A DNA stretch of 64,000 nt from an uncultured Candidatus Entotheonella sp. (lineage in GTDB: Bacteria; Tectomicrobia; Entotheonellia; Entotheonellales; Entotheonellaceae): NCBI GenBank assembly GCA_965217185.1, contig OZ244252.1, positions 2,880,001 through 2,944,000 of the forward strand, written 5' to 3'. The notes beneath the pieces were generated by a model. The model made no database searches. It had not been told where the DNA came from and saw only the letters and a list, made by a program, of their open reading frames with translations. Shown here one piece after another: positions 25,762 to 36,077 of this stretch. Position numbers and translations under genes: made by a program. Within the stretch, counting starts at the first letter, position 1. Each line of letters begins with the position of its first letter.

Positions 25762-26148
25762 TCAATCCCCTGCCTTCTTCCAATGGCTCTTGAGACGAAC
25801 AGCCGGCAGTCTTTTCAGCCGCTGGTTGCTCGGATCCACTTCAATCCCCACCGACTCCAGAGCCGTCACCCCCAACAGCGGCTCGACATCAGCCTCCCCG
25901 AACAGGATCGTTCCGCCGACAATCTCACCCATGAATTCGATGTCGGCGGTCGTGATGTCCATTTTGATCTCGCGACCATCGGCCAATTCGTAGATCCGCT
26001 GGCCTTTGGGGGCGAGACCGATGGCCTCCAGGTGCGGCCCGGGAACAAGGGAATCGGTGGCGCCGGTGTCCACCAGAAACAGTCCTTCCCAAGTGCGGTG
26101 CGGCTCGGCCGGGTTTCGGATGGTAACGGTGACGTGTACGGCTCCCAT
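25762..26148 (-). CDS. Clan AA aspartic protease (retropepsin-like)
   Basis: FLVDTGA and PLLGVTALE motifs. Confidence 0.85.
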   Translation of the reverse strand: MGAVHVTVTIRNPAEPHRTWEGLFLVDTGATDSLVPGPHLEAIGLAPKGQRIYELADGREIKMDITTADIEFMGEIVGGTILFGEADVEPLLGVTALESVGIEVDPSNQRLKRLPAVRLKSHWKKAGD

Positions 26149-26155
26149 ATGATCC

Positions 26156-29100
26156 TCACGACGCCGGCGACGAGCCGACCGCCTCGGCGTCCGGCGTCGG
26201 TGCGAAGCGGTTCAGGTGCTGGGCGACCAGTTCTTTGGTCTCCGCCAGGCGCTGCATCTTGATGTCCTCGTAGCCGCGAATCGCCTCGGGGGCATTGGCG
26301 ATGACGACGGCGAGGGCGTGGTTGCCGGAGTCGATCTGGGACAGGAGGGAGTTAATCGTCTCGCGGTACCAGGTGATGAGCCGTCGTTCTTCGCGGCGCA
26401 TGGTGGCATAGCCGAACGGGTCGCACCAGCGGCCGCGCAGGCGTTTGAGCCGCCGCAGTTGCCGCATGGGCATGTCGAACCAGGGGCCCAGCTTCAGCTT
26501 GCGCTTGAGGCCCATGGAGCGCAGCAGCGGTGGGTGCAGGTGGTAGTAGGCGCGCTGCGGTGACGCGAACATGGTGCCGAGTTGGGCCTTCCACGCCTGC
26601 TTCAGGTGCAGCCGCGCCACCTCGTATTCGTCCTTGTAGGCCATAAGTTTGTAGAGGTGCCGGATGACGGCGTGGGTCAACTCAACGCTTCCGGCGCAGG
26701 CCGCCGCTTCCCGCGCGCTGACGGCCAGGACGAAGTCCACGTACGTCGTCGCGTAGGCGGCGTCCTGATAATCAATCAACTCGCCGACCCGCCGCGCCAG
26801 CAGGCGCCGTGCCTCCTCATCCAGATGCGCGCAGCGCTCCAATAGGCGCTCATAGGTATCGACATCGGCCGCCGTGCCTTCGCGTTGCAGGTAATCCAGC
26901 ATGTTCGCCCGCTCCGCAGCGGCGTCACGCGGCTGCTGGACCGCCAATTCGCCCACGGCTTGCGGCTCGCAGACATACAGGCGGCCATAGCGGAATGCTT
27001 GCTGATTCTGCTGCACCGCCACGCCGTTCAACGCGACAGCGGCCTCGATGCTTTCGGCCTTGAGGGGCACGGCGCCGACCTGATAGGCCATGCCGAGCAC
27101 GAACAGATTGGTCGCCATGTGGTCCCCGAACAGCCCCTCGGCGAGGGTGCCGGCGTCGGCGTAGAGGTTGCGGCCGGCGTCGCTGTGCTGGTCGATGGTG
27201 CGCCGGATGGACGCCTCGCTGGGAAACAGCAGCGCGTTGTTGCGGATCATCTCGCCGGTCGGGCTCGCCGTGGTGTTGACGACGGCGACCGTGCGCCCGG
27301 CGTGGGCGCGGTCGAGGTTGACCGGGTCAACGCCGCCGAGGGCATCCAGCACCAGGTACAGATCCGCAGTGCCCAGACCCACCTTGTTCGAGGCTACCGC
27401 GGCGTCCTCGCTGAGGATGACGTTCGACAGCACGGCGCCGCCCTTTTGGGCAAGGCCGGTCTGGTCCAGGTTGAGCAGCGACTTGCCTTCCATCAGCGCC
27501 GCGTAGCACAACAGGGCGTTCACCGTCACCACACCCGTGCCGCCGACGCCGGGAATGTAAATCGCATACCGCTCGCCGATGACGGCCTTGTGCGCCGGTT
27601 CCGGCAGGGTTTCCGCTTCGAGAACGGGCGCCTGTTTGGGTTTCAGGCCCGTGCCGGGATCGACTTCCACGGTCACGAAGGACGGGCAATCGCCGTCCAG
27701 GCAAGCGTAATCCTTGTTGCACGATGACTGGTGGATGCGCGTCTTGGGCCCCAACTCGGTCTCCACCGGGTGCAGCGACATGCAGTTGCTGACCTCGCCG
27801 CAATTGCCGCAACCCTCGCAGACTTCCTCATTGATCACCGCGAAGACGTTGGGCTCCGCCTGGATGCCGCGCTTGCGCTGGCGGCGTTTCTCGGCGGCGC
27901 ACTGCTGGTCGTTGATCAGCACCGTCACGCCCGGCGTGGCCTCCAACTCCTTGAGCGACTCGAAGAACGACTCGCGGCCGCGCAGCGTGGCGATGGGAGC
28001 CATGCGGGCGCCGCGCCAACGCCGCGGCTCTTCGGAGACCACGATGATCTTTCGCACTCCCTCCGCCGCCATGCTGTGGGTAAGTTCCGGGATGCCCATG
28101 CTGCCCTGCGCGTCCTGGCCGCCCGTCATGGCCACGGCGCCGTTGTAGAGGAGCTTGAACGTGATGTTGACCCCGGCTGCCACGCAGGCGCGCAGAGCCT
28201 GGCTGCCGGAGTGAAAATACGTGCCGTCGCCGATGTTCTGGAAGATGTGCTGGGTGTCGCTGAACGGCGCCGCGCCGACCCACGGCAGACCCTCGCCGCC
28301 CATCTGCGTCAGATAGCTGGTGTGGCGCATGTCCTGCTCGATCAGCCCGCCCATGCCGTGGCAGCCGATGCCGCCGCCGGTGATCTGGCCGTCGAGCATG
28401 CGGGTGGAACGGCTGTGCGGGCAGCCGGAGCAGTAATTCGGCTTGCGCGCCATGAAGGGGTCGTACTGGCGTCCGCGGATGGCCTCCAGCACCGCCAGGC
28501 GCGCGTCGATGCCCGGCGCTTCGCCCAAACGCCGCAGCCGCGGCCCGACGCGCTCGGCGATGATGTCGGCGTCCAGCTCGCCGTGCATGGGCAGGAAGGG
28601 CCGGCCCGTGTCGGTATATTTGCCCAGCAGCCACGGCGGCGACGTCATGCCGTACAGGCAGTCGCGGATCTGGCTTTCGAGGAAGTCGCGCTTTTCTTCG
28701 ACAACGACGATTTCTTCCAACCCGCGCGCAAAGCGCCGGATGCTTTCGGTCGCCAGGGGATAGATCATGCCCAGATTCAGAACGCGAATGCTCAGACGTT
28801 GCAACGTCTGAGCGTCCAGCCCCATGTCGAGCAGCGCCTGTTGCAAGTCGGCCTGGCTCTTGCCGGCGCTGATCAGCCCGACACGGGCGTCGCCCGCATA
28901 CGTTTCGGCCCCGTACAGGTCGTTGGCGGCTCCGTAAGCGCGCACCGCGGCGTGGCGGTCGACGAAGAGGTGGCGTTCGAGCTCGATGGTGCCGGGGGGC
29001 AGGAAGGTGGTGTCCTGGCGCTTGTGGAAGAGCTCGCCGTCGATGGTCACCTCCGGGATGACGATGTCGGGCGCGTCGGGATGCACGTCCACCACGCTGC

Positions 29101-29716
29101 CGCCGTCGCACAGGTTGGTGACCAGCTTCAGGGCAACCCAGCAGCCGCTGAAGCGCGACAGGGCGAAGGCGTGCAGGCCGTAGAGCAGAAATTCCTGAAT
29201 GGTGGCGGGGTAGAAGATGGGGATGCCGGCGGCGAGCAGGGCGTGATCGCTCTGGTGCGGCACCGTGGAGCTTTTGCAATTGTGGTCGTCGCCGGCCAGC
29301 ACGAGCGCCGCGCTGTTGGGTCCGGTGCCGCCCATATTGGCGTGCTTGAACACGTCGCCGCTGCGGTCGACGCCGGGGCCTTTGCCGTACCAGATGCCGT
29401 TGACGCCGTCGACCTGCGGGCCGGGGAACAGGTGCACGCTCTGACTACCCATCACCGCGGTGGCGGCCAATTCCTCGTTTACCGCCGGCTGGTGGACGAT
29501 GCGATGCTCGTGGAGCAGTCGGCCCACACGCGCCAGGGTCAGGTCGTACCCGGCCAGCGGCGAGCCCTCGTAGCCGGTGATGAAGGCGCCGGTTCGCAGC
29601 CCGGCCCTGGTATCGCGCCGCTGTTGATCAACGGCAAGCCGCACCAGGGCTTGAATTCCGGTCAGGTAAACGCTGCCTTCGAGCGCGGTGTATTTGTCGT
29701 CAAGTGTGACCGTCAT
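26156..29716 (-). CDS. Indolepyruvate:ferredoxin oxidoreductase family protein (fused alpha/beta)
   Basis: NEELAATA, WYGKGPGVDRSGD, YCSGCPH, GDGTYFHSG, CEGCGNC ferredoxin motif, GLAQKGG, LMAYKDEYEVARL. Confidence 0.92.
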   Translation of the reverse strand: MTVTLDDKYTALEGSVYLTGIQALVRLAVDQQRRDTRAGLRTGAFITGYEGSPLAGYDLTLARVGRLLHEHRIVHQPAVNEELAATAVMGSQSVHLFPGPQVDGVNGIWYGKGPGVDRSGDVFKHANMGGTGPNSAALVLAGDDHNCKSSTVPHQSDHALLAAGIPIFYPATIQEFLLYGLHAFALSRFSGCWVALKLVTNLCDGGSVVDVHPDAPDIVIPEVTIDGELFHKRQDTTFLPPGTIELERHLFVDRHAAVRAYGAANDLYGAETYAGDARVGLISAGKSQADLQQALLDMGLDAQTLQRLSIRVLNLGMIYPLATESIRRFARGLEEIVVVEEKRDFLESQIRDCLYGMTSPPWLLGKYTDTGRPFLPMHGELDADIIAERVGPRLRRLGEAPGIDARLAVLEAIRGRQYDPFMARKPNYCSGCPHSRSTRMLDGQITGGGIGCHGMGGLIEQDMRHTSYLTQMGGEGLPWVGAAPFSDTQHIFQNIGDGTYFHSGSQALRACVAAGVNITFKLLYNGAVAMTGGQDAQGSMGIPELTHSMAAEGVRKIIVVSEEPRRWRGARMAPIATLRGRESFFESLKELEATPGVTVLINDQQCAAEKRRQRKRGIQAEPNVFAVINEEVCEGCGNCGEVSNCMSLHPVETELGPKTRIHQSSCNKDYACLDGDCPSFVTVEVDPGTGLKPKQAPVLEAETLPEPAHKAVIGERYAIYIPGVGGTGVVTVNALLCYAALMEGKSLLNLDQTGLAQKGGAVLSNVILSEDAAVASNKVGLGTADLYLVLDALGGVDPVNLDRAHAGRTVAVVNTTASPTGEMIRNNALLFPSEASIRRTIDQHSDAGRNLYADAGTLAEGLFGDHMATNLFVLGMAYQVGAVPLKAESIEAAVALNGVAVQQNQQAFRYGRLYVCEPQAVGELAVQQPRDAAAERANMLDYLQREGTAADVDTYERLLERCAHLDEEARRLLARRVGELIDYQDAAYATTYVDFVLAVSAREAAACAGSVELTHAVIRHLYKLMAYKDEYEVARLHLKQAWKAQLGTMFASPQRAYYHLHPPLLRSMGLKRKLKLGPWFDMPMRQLRRLKRLRGRWCDPFGYATMRREERRLITWYRETINSLLSQIDSGNHALAVVIANAPEAIRGYEDIKMQRLAETKELVAQHLNRFAPTPDAEAVGSSPAS

Positions 29717-29897
29717 GAGTGATTCTCCCCAGCGTCAGCGGGTGCTGGCAATAGCCGTTTAAGTGCATTATTTTCCGAGAATTATACTTTTGGCAAGGGG
29801 GCAGGGTCAATGCGGTCTGTGGGCTTGAACGCGGGTAGAAAGTCGGTTACGTTGGCCCGGCGCAACCATTGATTTGCCCCGAACTGAGGACCCTATT

Positions 29898-30542
29898 ATG
29901 ACGCGCCGTGCTGCTATGTGCACCTGCAGTTGCCGTTTCAAAACGTCGGTAACCATCGCCGTTGCGGGATTCGTTCTCTTGTCGCTATCCCTGTCCGCCG
30001 TTATACCGCAGACGGCACCCCAAGCAGCCCTGTCAACGGGCAGGTTTCTCGTCGCCGGCAAACAACTCCGAGACCCCAATTTCGCACGGACCGTTGTTCT
30101 GCTCCTCAACTACGGCGAAAGCGGCGCGCGGGGTGTGATCATCAACCGGCCGACGGACGTGAAGCTGGCCACCATGTTTCCCGAAATCAGGGGCTTGCAG
30201 CGGCGCATGGACACCGTTTATCTCGGCGGGCCGGTACAACGCACCCGCCTGCTGATGCTCCTGAGGTCCGACAGACCGCGGGCCGGCGCCGAACACGTCG
30301 TCGATGACATCTACGTCAGCACCAGCCGCCGGGTGCTTTTCGACGCGCTTGGCAGGGCGGGCTCCGCGGCGTCCGTGCACATTTACGCCGGCTATGCGGG
30401 TTGGGCGCCGGGGCAGCTCGACCGTGAGGTGGCGCGCGGCGACTGGCACGTCCTGCCCGCCGACGCCGAGGCCGTGTTCAGCACGACGCCGGATGAGGTC
30501 TGGCGCGAGTTGATCGACAAGGGTGCCGTACAGTGGCTTTAG
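29898..30542 (+). CDS. YqgE/AlgH (DUF179) family protein with an N-terminal hydrophobic segment
   Basis: DPNFARTVVLL, GVIINRP, YLGGPV, GYAGWAPGQL..E...GDW. Confidence 0.88.
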   Translation: MTRRAAMCTCSCRFKTSVTIAVAGFVLLSLSLSAVIPQTAPQAALSTGRFLVAGKQLRDPNFARTVVLLLNYGESGARGVIINRPTDVKLATMFPEIRGLQRRMDTVYLGGPVQRTRLLMLLRSDRPRAGAEHVVDDIYVSTSRRVLFDALGRAGSAASVHIYAGYAGWAPGQLDREVARGDWHVLPADAEAVFSTTPDEVWRELIDKGAVQWL

Positions 30543-30588
30543 CGGCTTGAGAATCCTTCCGAATCGGTTTGACATGGCCAGCTCATTC

Positions 30589-30708
30589 TCCCCCCACCCT
30601 AGCCCTCCCCCTCAAGGGGGGAGGGGATTACAGTTTCCCGGTTCCTTTTGTGGGGCAACGGTTTTTTTGCTCCCTCTCCCCTGGCGGGAGAGGGTTGGGG
30701 TGAGGGGG
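30589..30708. repeat. Inverted doublet of CCCTC(T/C)CCC...GGGAG(A)GG palindromic elements (REPIN-like)
   Basis: Left arm ccccccaccctagccctccccctcaaggggggaggg; the right arm is an approximate reverse complement. Confidence 0.75.
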
Positions 30709-30747
30709 AAAACCCCGAAGTGAGACATCACTTGCATAAGGAACATC

Positions 30748-33738
30748 ATGACTCAGCCCCTGAGCTTTCAGGACATCATTCTGCGGCTGCTTGCTTACTG
30801 GAAGGACCAGGGATGCTTGGTGCAGCAGCCCTACAACGTGCAAGTGGGCGCCGGCACCATGAACCCCGCCACGGCTCTGCGCGTTCTCGGCCCGGAACCG
30901 TGGAACGTGGTGTACGTCGAGCCCAGCATCCGACCCGACGACGGCCGCTTCGGCGACAATCCGAATCGCTTGCAGATGCACCATCAATTGCAGGTCATCC
31001 TGCAGCCGGACCCCGGCGACCCGCAGGAGCGCTACCTCGCCAGCCTGCAGGCCATCGGCATCGACCTGCGGCAGCACGACGTGCGTTTCGTCGAAGACAA
31101 CTGGGAAAGCCCCGCCCTTGGCGCCTGGGGCCTGGGCTGGGAAGTGTGGCTCGACGGCCAGGAAATCACCCAATTCACCTATTTCCAGCAGGCCGGCGGC
31201 CTGACGCTCGACCCCGTGGCGGTGGAAATCACTTACGGCCTCGACCGCATCGCGCTGGCTCTGCAGGACGCCGACAGCGTCTGGCAAATGCACTACGGCG
31301 CCGGCATCCCCTACGAAGACATCCTCCTGCGTAGCGAAATCGAGCACTGTCATTATTACTTTGAAGTCGCCGACGTAGAAGCCCTCAAGGCCGTGTACGA
31401 CACCTACGAGCGCGAGGCCAAGCGCTGTCTGGAGGCGGACTTGGTAATGCCGGCGCACGACTACAACCTGAAGTGTTCGCACCTGTTCAACGTGCTGGAC
31501 ACGCGCGGCGCCATCGGCGTGACCGAGCGGGCGAACTATTTCCGGCGCATGCGCAACGTGGCACGGGACATTTCGACGTTATACGCGGCACAACGGGAGC
31601 AACTGGGCCATCCGCTCCTCAAGTCGTCCGCCGGGCTGGTGGCTGCCGCCGAGCCGCCGCCAGGCGAGGACACGGCGGTTGCGCCGGCGGACGAAGCGAG
31701 TCCGTTCGTGCTGGAGATCGGCAGCGAGGAGTTACCGCCGGCAGACCTGTCGTCGGCGATGCGGCAGTTGCAAGCCGCGGTCCCGGCCATGCTGGATCAG
31801 TTGCGGCTGGGGTATGAGAGCCTGACGGTGTATGGCACGCCGCGGCGTCTGGTAGTGATGGTATCAGGGTTGGCGCCGCGACAGACGGACCTGGAAACCG
31901 TTGTCAAAGGCCCCCCGGCCGACCGCGCCTTCGACGCCGACGGCCAGCCGACCGCCGCTGGCCTGGGGTTTGCGCGCGGCAAGGGCGTCGAGGTGGGCGA
32001 TCTGCAGGTCGTCGAGGAGCAGGGCCGGCGGTCCGTTGCCGCCGTGGTGCGCGAGACGGGCCGCGCCGCCGTCGAGGTTCTCAGCGAGGCGCTGCCCGGC
32101 TGCCTTGCCGGCATCACGTTCGACCGCAGCATGCGCTGGAACGCCAGCAATCTGGCCTACAGCCGGCCGCTGCGCTGGCTACTGGCCCTGTACGGCCCGC
32201 AGCAGGTGCCGTTCAGCTATGCGGGGATTGACAGCGGGCGCTGCAGCCGCGGCCTGCGGCCCTACGGCTCGCCGGCCATTGTCATCGACGACGCCGGAGC
32301 CTATGCGTCCGTCATGCAGGCCAATGGCGTGGTCACGAACCCCGAGGCGCGCCGCTCGTTGATCCGCGACGAGGCCGCCGAAATGGCCGCGCAACGCGAC
32401 GGCGTATGGCACGAGGACCCGGATTTGCTGGACGAAGTGACCCATCTCGTCGAGCGTCCGACGCTGTTCTGCGGTCGCTTCGAGGCGCGCTTCCTGGCGC
32501 TGCCGCCCGAAGTGCTGGTGGCGGTCATGAAGAAGCACCAGCGGTACTTCCCGGTATACGCCGGAGACGGCAGCCTGCTGCCGCACTTTATCGGCGTGCG
32601 CAACGGCGACGCGGAGCACCTCGACACCGTGACCGCCGGCAACGAGCACGTGTTGCGGGCGCGTTTTGCCGACGCCGAATACTTCTACGGCAAGGATACC
32701 CGGCAGGCGCTGGGCGATTTTCTCCCCCGCTTGCAGACCTTGACGTTTCAGGTCGATCTCGGCTCCATGCTCGACAAGGTGCACCGCCTCGAACGCCTCA
32801 CGCCGCAAGCGGCGCAACTGCTGGGCCTCAGCGAATCCGATACAGCGGCCGCCACACGTGCCGCCGCCCTCTCCAAGGCTGATCTGGCGACCAACATGGT
32901 GGTTGAGATGACCGCCCTGCAGGGAACGATGGGTGCCCATTACGCCCGCTTGAGCGGCGAATCCGATGCCGTCGCCGCTGCCTTGGGCGAACAATACCAG
33001 CAGGTCAGCACCACCCCGGCGGGGCTTGCCCTCGCCCTCGCCGACCGCTGTGACAGCCTGCTCGGCCTGTTCGCCGCCGCCGGCCTCGCGCCGCGCGGCT
33101 CCAATGACCCCTTTGCCCTGCGCCGCGCCGCCCTGGGCATTATCGAGACCCTGATTACCAACTGCACCTCGTGCGACCTGCGCCGCCTGTTGAGCCTCGC
33201 CGCGCCCTCGCTGCCGGTTTCCGGCGACGCCGCGACCCAGGAAGCGGTCCTGCAATTCATCATCGGCCGCCTCGAAGGCGTTCTGCGTGACCGCGGCTAC
33301 CCCGCCTCGGTCGTCAAAGCTGTCCTCGCCGCCCAGGGCCACGACCCTTACGCCGCCAGCCAAGCCGCCCATGAACTGAACGACGCCCTTGCCGACGACG
33401 ACTGGCCCACCCTGCTTGCCGCCTATTCCCGCTGCGTCCGTATCACCCGTGCGATTGAAGGGCCCCTGATCCTGTGCCCCGACGACTTCGATCTGCCGGC
33501 TGAAAAGGCCCTGCGCGACGCCTACCAATCCGCCGCCGCTGCCCTCGACGGTAGCGCCAGCGTCAGCCGCTTTATCACCGCCCTGCGCAAACTGGAGCCC
33601 GCCATCACGACCTTCTTCCTCGACGTCCTCGTCATGGACGAAGACCCCGCCCGCCGTGACAACCGCTTGGCCCTGTTGCAAGGCATCTCGGCCCTCCCCG
33701 ACGGTATCGCGGATATGTCTCGACTGGAAGGGTTTTGA
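30748..33738 (+). CDS. glyQS: Glycine--tRNA ligase, fused alpha+beta subunits
   Basis: [17 protein letters not shown] (alpha) continue in frame into [29 protein letters not shown] (beta). Confidence 0.93.
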   Translation: MTQPLSFQDIILRLLAYWKDQGCLVQQPYNVQVGAGTMNPATALRVLGPEPWNVVYVEPSIRPDDGRFGDNPNRLQMHHQLQVILQPDPGDPQERYLASLQAIGIDLRQHDVRFVEDNWESPALGAWGLGWEVWLDGQEITQFTYFQQAGGLTLDPVAVEITYGLDRIALALQDADSVWQMHYGAGIPYEDILLRSEIEHCHYYFEVADVEALKAVYDTYEREAKRCLEADLVMPAHDYNLKCSHLFNVLDTRGAIGVTERANYFRRMRNVARDISTLYAAQREQLGHPLLKSSAGLVAAAEPPPGEDTAVAPADEASPFVLEIGSEELPPADLSSAMRQLQAAVPAMLDQLRLGYESLTVYGTPRRLVVMVSGLAPRQTDLETVVKGPPADRAFDADGQPTAAGLGFARGKGVEVGDLQVVEEQGRRSVAAVVRETGRAAVEVLSEALPGCLAGITFDRSMRWNASNLAYSRPLRWLLALYGPQQVPFSYAGIDSGRCSRGLRPYGSPAIVIDDAGAYASVMQANGVVTNPEARRSLIRDEAAEMAAQRDGVWHEDPDLLDEVTHLVERPTLFCGRFEARFLALPPEVLVAVMKKHQRYFPVYAGDGSLLPHFIGVRNGDAEHLDTVTAGNEHVLRARFADAEYFYGKDTRQALGDFLPRLQTLTFQVDLGSMLDKVHRLERLTPQAAQLLGLSESDTAAATRAAALSKADLATNMVVEMTALQGTMGAHYARLSGESDAVAAALGEQYQQVSTTPAGLALALADRCDSLLGLFAAAGLAPRGSNDPFALRRAALGIIETLITNCTSCDLRRLLSLAAPSLPVSGDAATQEAVLQFIIGRLEGVLRDRGYPASVVKAVLAAQGHDPYAASQAAHELNDALADDDWPTLLAAYSRCVRITRAIEGPLILCPDDFDLPAEKALRDAYQSAAAALDGSASVSRFITALRKLEPAITTFFLDVLVMDEDPARRDNRLALLQGISALPDGIADMSRLEGF

Positions 33739-33861
33739 GGTGGGATATATGCAGAACCGCAGGCAATGACGATAGTGGCCTCTGCGAAAACCCGACGCCC
33801 CGCCACCGCATCACCGTCCAAGACGCAATCCCCCATGGCAGGTAGCCCGGACGCTGCGGAA

Positions 33862-33893
33862 GTCGGATTACGCCTGCGGCTAATCCGACCTAC
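33862..33893 (-). repeat. GTAG-class REP element
   Basis: Reverse complement is gtaggtcggattagccgcaggcgtaatccgac, matching 15505-15534. Confidence 0.7.
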
Positions 33894-34052
33894 ATACTCT
33901 GAGGCGCGCGACGGGGTCCAAGCGTTTTGCAGCGTTCGAAGGCCATTGGGTTGCCGCTTTCGTGGAATGACCCTTTGGGCACCTCGCAACGCCCATTCCT
34001 CAAGGCTGTGTAACATCTCTCACTAATCTCACGGTCCGGTCGTGATGACCGC

Positions 34053-34082
34053 TTGACCAAACAGCATGCACAGACTAGTCTG
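34053..34082 (+). promoter_or_regulatory. Putative sigma70 promoter overlapped by a palindromic operator for the TA operon
   Basis: ttgacc-N17-tagtct; the perfect palindrome cagactagtctg (34071-34082) covers the -10 box. Confidence 0.55.
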
Positions 34083-34128
34083 CGTCTGGTTGAATTGCCG
34101 CATGGCTATGATTATGGAGACTTGATTC

Positions 34129-34371
34129 ATGCCTGAAATCGGCGCCTTCGAAGCGAAAACTCAGTTGTCACAGTTGCTCCAGCGCGTACAGGCCGGGGAA
34201 CGATTCGTCATCACCAGGCACAATCGTCCTGTAGCCGAGTTGATTCCGTTTCAGCCCCACGATGCTGAAAAAGTGCGCGACGCAATTGACGGTCTGAAGG
34301 CATTTCAGAAGACGCACCGTCTGGAAGGACTGTCGCTCCGCGGGATGATCGAGGAAGGACGCAGGCACTGA
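34129..34371 (+). CDS. Phd/YefM family antitoxin
   Basis: IGAFEAKTQLSQLL.RV..GE..VITRHNRPVA. Confidence 0.9.
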   Translation: MPEIGAFEAKTQLSQLLQRVQAGERFVITRHNRPVAELIPFQPHDAEKVRDAIDGLKAFQKTHRLEGLSLRGMIEEGRRH

Positions 34372-34787
34372 TGGCGTTCGTTCTGGATTGCTCGGTTACC
34401 ATGGCGTGGCTTTTCTCCGACGAGGCCACCGAAGCGACCGACCGGTTGCGAGAATCCCTTGTCGAAACACGGGCATTCGTCCCATCTCTCTGGCCGGTCG
34501 AGGTCGGCAACGTCCTCCTGGTTGCGACCCGGCGGAGTCGGATCCATGCGAGCGAGTGGCCGCAAATTCGCGCCTCTCTTTCGGCATTACCCATCGAGGT
34601 CGATCCCGTGTCCATGTCCCGAACGTGGGGCGCATCGCTTGAACTCGCCCATGCCCACAGCCTTTCCGTCTATGACGCCATGTACCTCGAACTCGCGGTA
34701 CGCTTGCGCTTGCCGCTTGTCACGCTGGATCGTGCGCTCCGAAAGGCGGGACGAGCCGCCGGGATTGACGTTCCAGAAGTCACGTAG
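34371..34787 (+). CDS. vapC: VapC (PIN domain) toxin
   Basis: FVLDCS, E..N, LSVYDAMYLELA, LVTLD. Translationally coupled to the antitoxin (TGATG). Confidence 0.9.
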   Translation: MAFVLDCSVTMAWLFSDEATEATDRLRESLVETRAFVPSLWPVEVGNVLLVATRRSRIHASEWPQIRASLSALPIEVDPVSMSRTWGASLELAHAHSLSVYDAMYLELAVRLRLPLVTLDRALRKAGRAAGIDVPEVT

Positions 34788-34859
34788 CACGAGAAATCTG
34801 TTTGTTAGACACAGGTTTTCAACATGCTGTTCACATCCTTATCCACAGGGAGCAACCCA

Positions 34860-35951
34860 ATGATTCTGGATCGATTCAAGGTGCCGCAGGCCGATGTCGT
34901 GCGGGTGCCGGAAGCGGCGCTACGGCAGACCGTGCAGGCGGTTTTTGAATGCATGGGCGTCACGCCCGACGAAGCCGCCGAGGCCACCGACGTGCTGGTG
35001 ATGACCGACCTGCGCGCCGTCGAAACGCACGGCGTTTCCAACATGCTGCGCGCCTACGTGCGCGATTACCGCGACGGCAAGCTCAACCCGGCGCCCGGCT
35101 GGCGGCTGGAGCGCGAAACGCCCGGCACGGCGGTGATCGACGGCGAACGCCGCCTCGGCCTTATCACCGGCCCCCGAGCCATGCGGCTGGCCATGGACAA
35201 GGCCAGCACGGTCGGCGTCGGCGTGGTCAACGTGCACAACAGCGGCCACTTCGGCGCCATCGGCCACCACGCCCTGCTCGCCGCCGAGCGCAACATGGTG
35301 GGCGTCTGCTTCACCGGCGCCGGCCTCAGCGTCGTGCCGACCTTTGCCTCTAGGCCGCTCATCGGCACCAACCCGATCGCCATCGCCGCCCCGGCCCGTA
35401 ATGAGGCGCCGATCCTCTTCGACGTGGCGACCTCGGCCATCGCCGGCAACAAAATCCGCCTCGCCATGCGTGTCGGAGCACCGCTGCTGCCCGGCTGGGT
35501 CGCCGACAAGGAAGGCCGTCCGATCGGCGAAGCAGCGCTGGTGCATGACCGCAGCGAGTTTCTGCAACTGCCCTTGGGCGGCACGCGGGAACAAGGATCG
35601 CACAAGGGCTACGGCTTCGCGCTGATGGCGGAGGTGCTGGCGACGCTGCTGTCGGGCGCCCTGCCGAGCATGCTCGACCCTGCTGGCGGCTCCAAGAACC
35701 ACTTCGCGGCGTACAACATCGAGGCCTTCACCGACCTCGAGCGCTACCTGGACACCACGGACGAGATGCTCGAAACGCTGCGCACCGCACAACCCGCCGA
35801 GGGCCACGAGCGCGTCCTCTACCCCGGCCTCTCCGAGCACGAGGAGACCCTGGCGCGGCGCGCCCAGGGCATCCCGCTACACCGGGAAGTCACCGACTGG
35901 TTCAATAGCATCACCGCCGAGCTCGACCTGCCGACTATGCAGACTCTGTAG
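34860..35951 (+). CDS. Ldh_2 (type 2 malate/L-lactate dehydrogenase) family oxidoreductase
   Basis: ETHGV, NSGHFGA, GTNPIAIAAP, DVATS, HKGYG. Confidence 0.9.
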   Translation: MILDRFKVPQADVVRVPEAALRQTVQAVFECMGVTPDEAAEATDVLVMTDLRAVETHGVSNMLRAYVRDYRDGKLNPAPGWRLERETPGTAVIDGERRLGLITGPRAMRLAMDKASTVGVGVVNVHNSGHFGAIGHHALLAAERNMVGVCFTGAGLSVVPTFASRPLIGTNPIAIAAPARNEAPILFDVATSAIAGNKIRLAMRVGAPLLPGWVADKEGRPIGEAALVHDRSEFLQLPLGGTREQGSHKGYGFALMAEVLATLLSGALPSMLDPAGGSKNHFAAYNIEAFTDLERYLDTTDEMLETLRTAQPAEGHERVLYPGLSEHEETLARRAQGIPLHREVTDWFNSITAELDLPTMQTL

Positions 35952-36010
35952 AACTGGGGAATCTGGCCTTGCCAAGACCGCCTATGGAGCAAGGAAGATA
36001 GGTCCCGAGC

Positions 36011-36038
36011 CGTCGCTCCGGCGAAAGCCGGAGTCCAG
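36011..36038 (+). repeat. CGTC-class REP, left arm of a doublet
   Basis: Hairpin cgtcgctccggcgaaagccggagtccag; partner arm at 37575-37602. Confidence 0.65.
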
Positions 36039-36077
36039 GGGTTTTCTGCAAGCCAAGAATCTATCCCGGTGTCACTT

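Noticed and set aside
33740..34030. tRNA or ncRNA between glyQS and vapBC
   Set aside because: No cloverleaf is evident, and the hairpins are explained by REP remnants.
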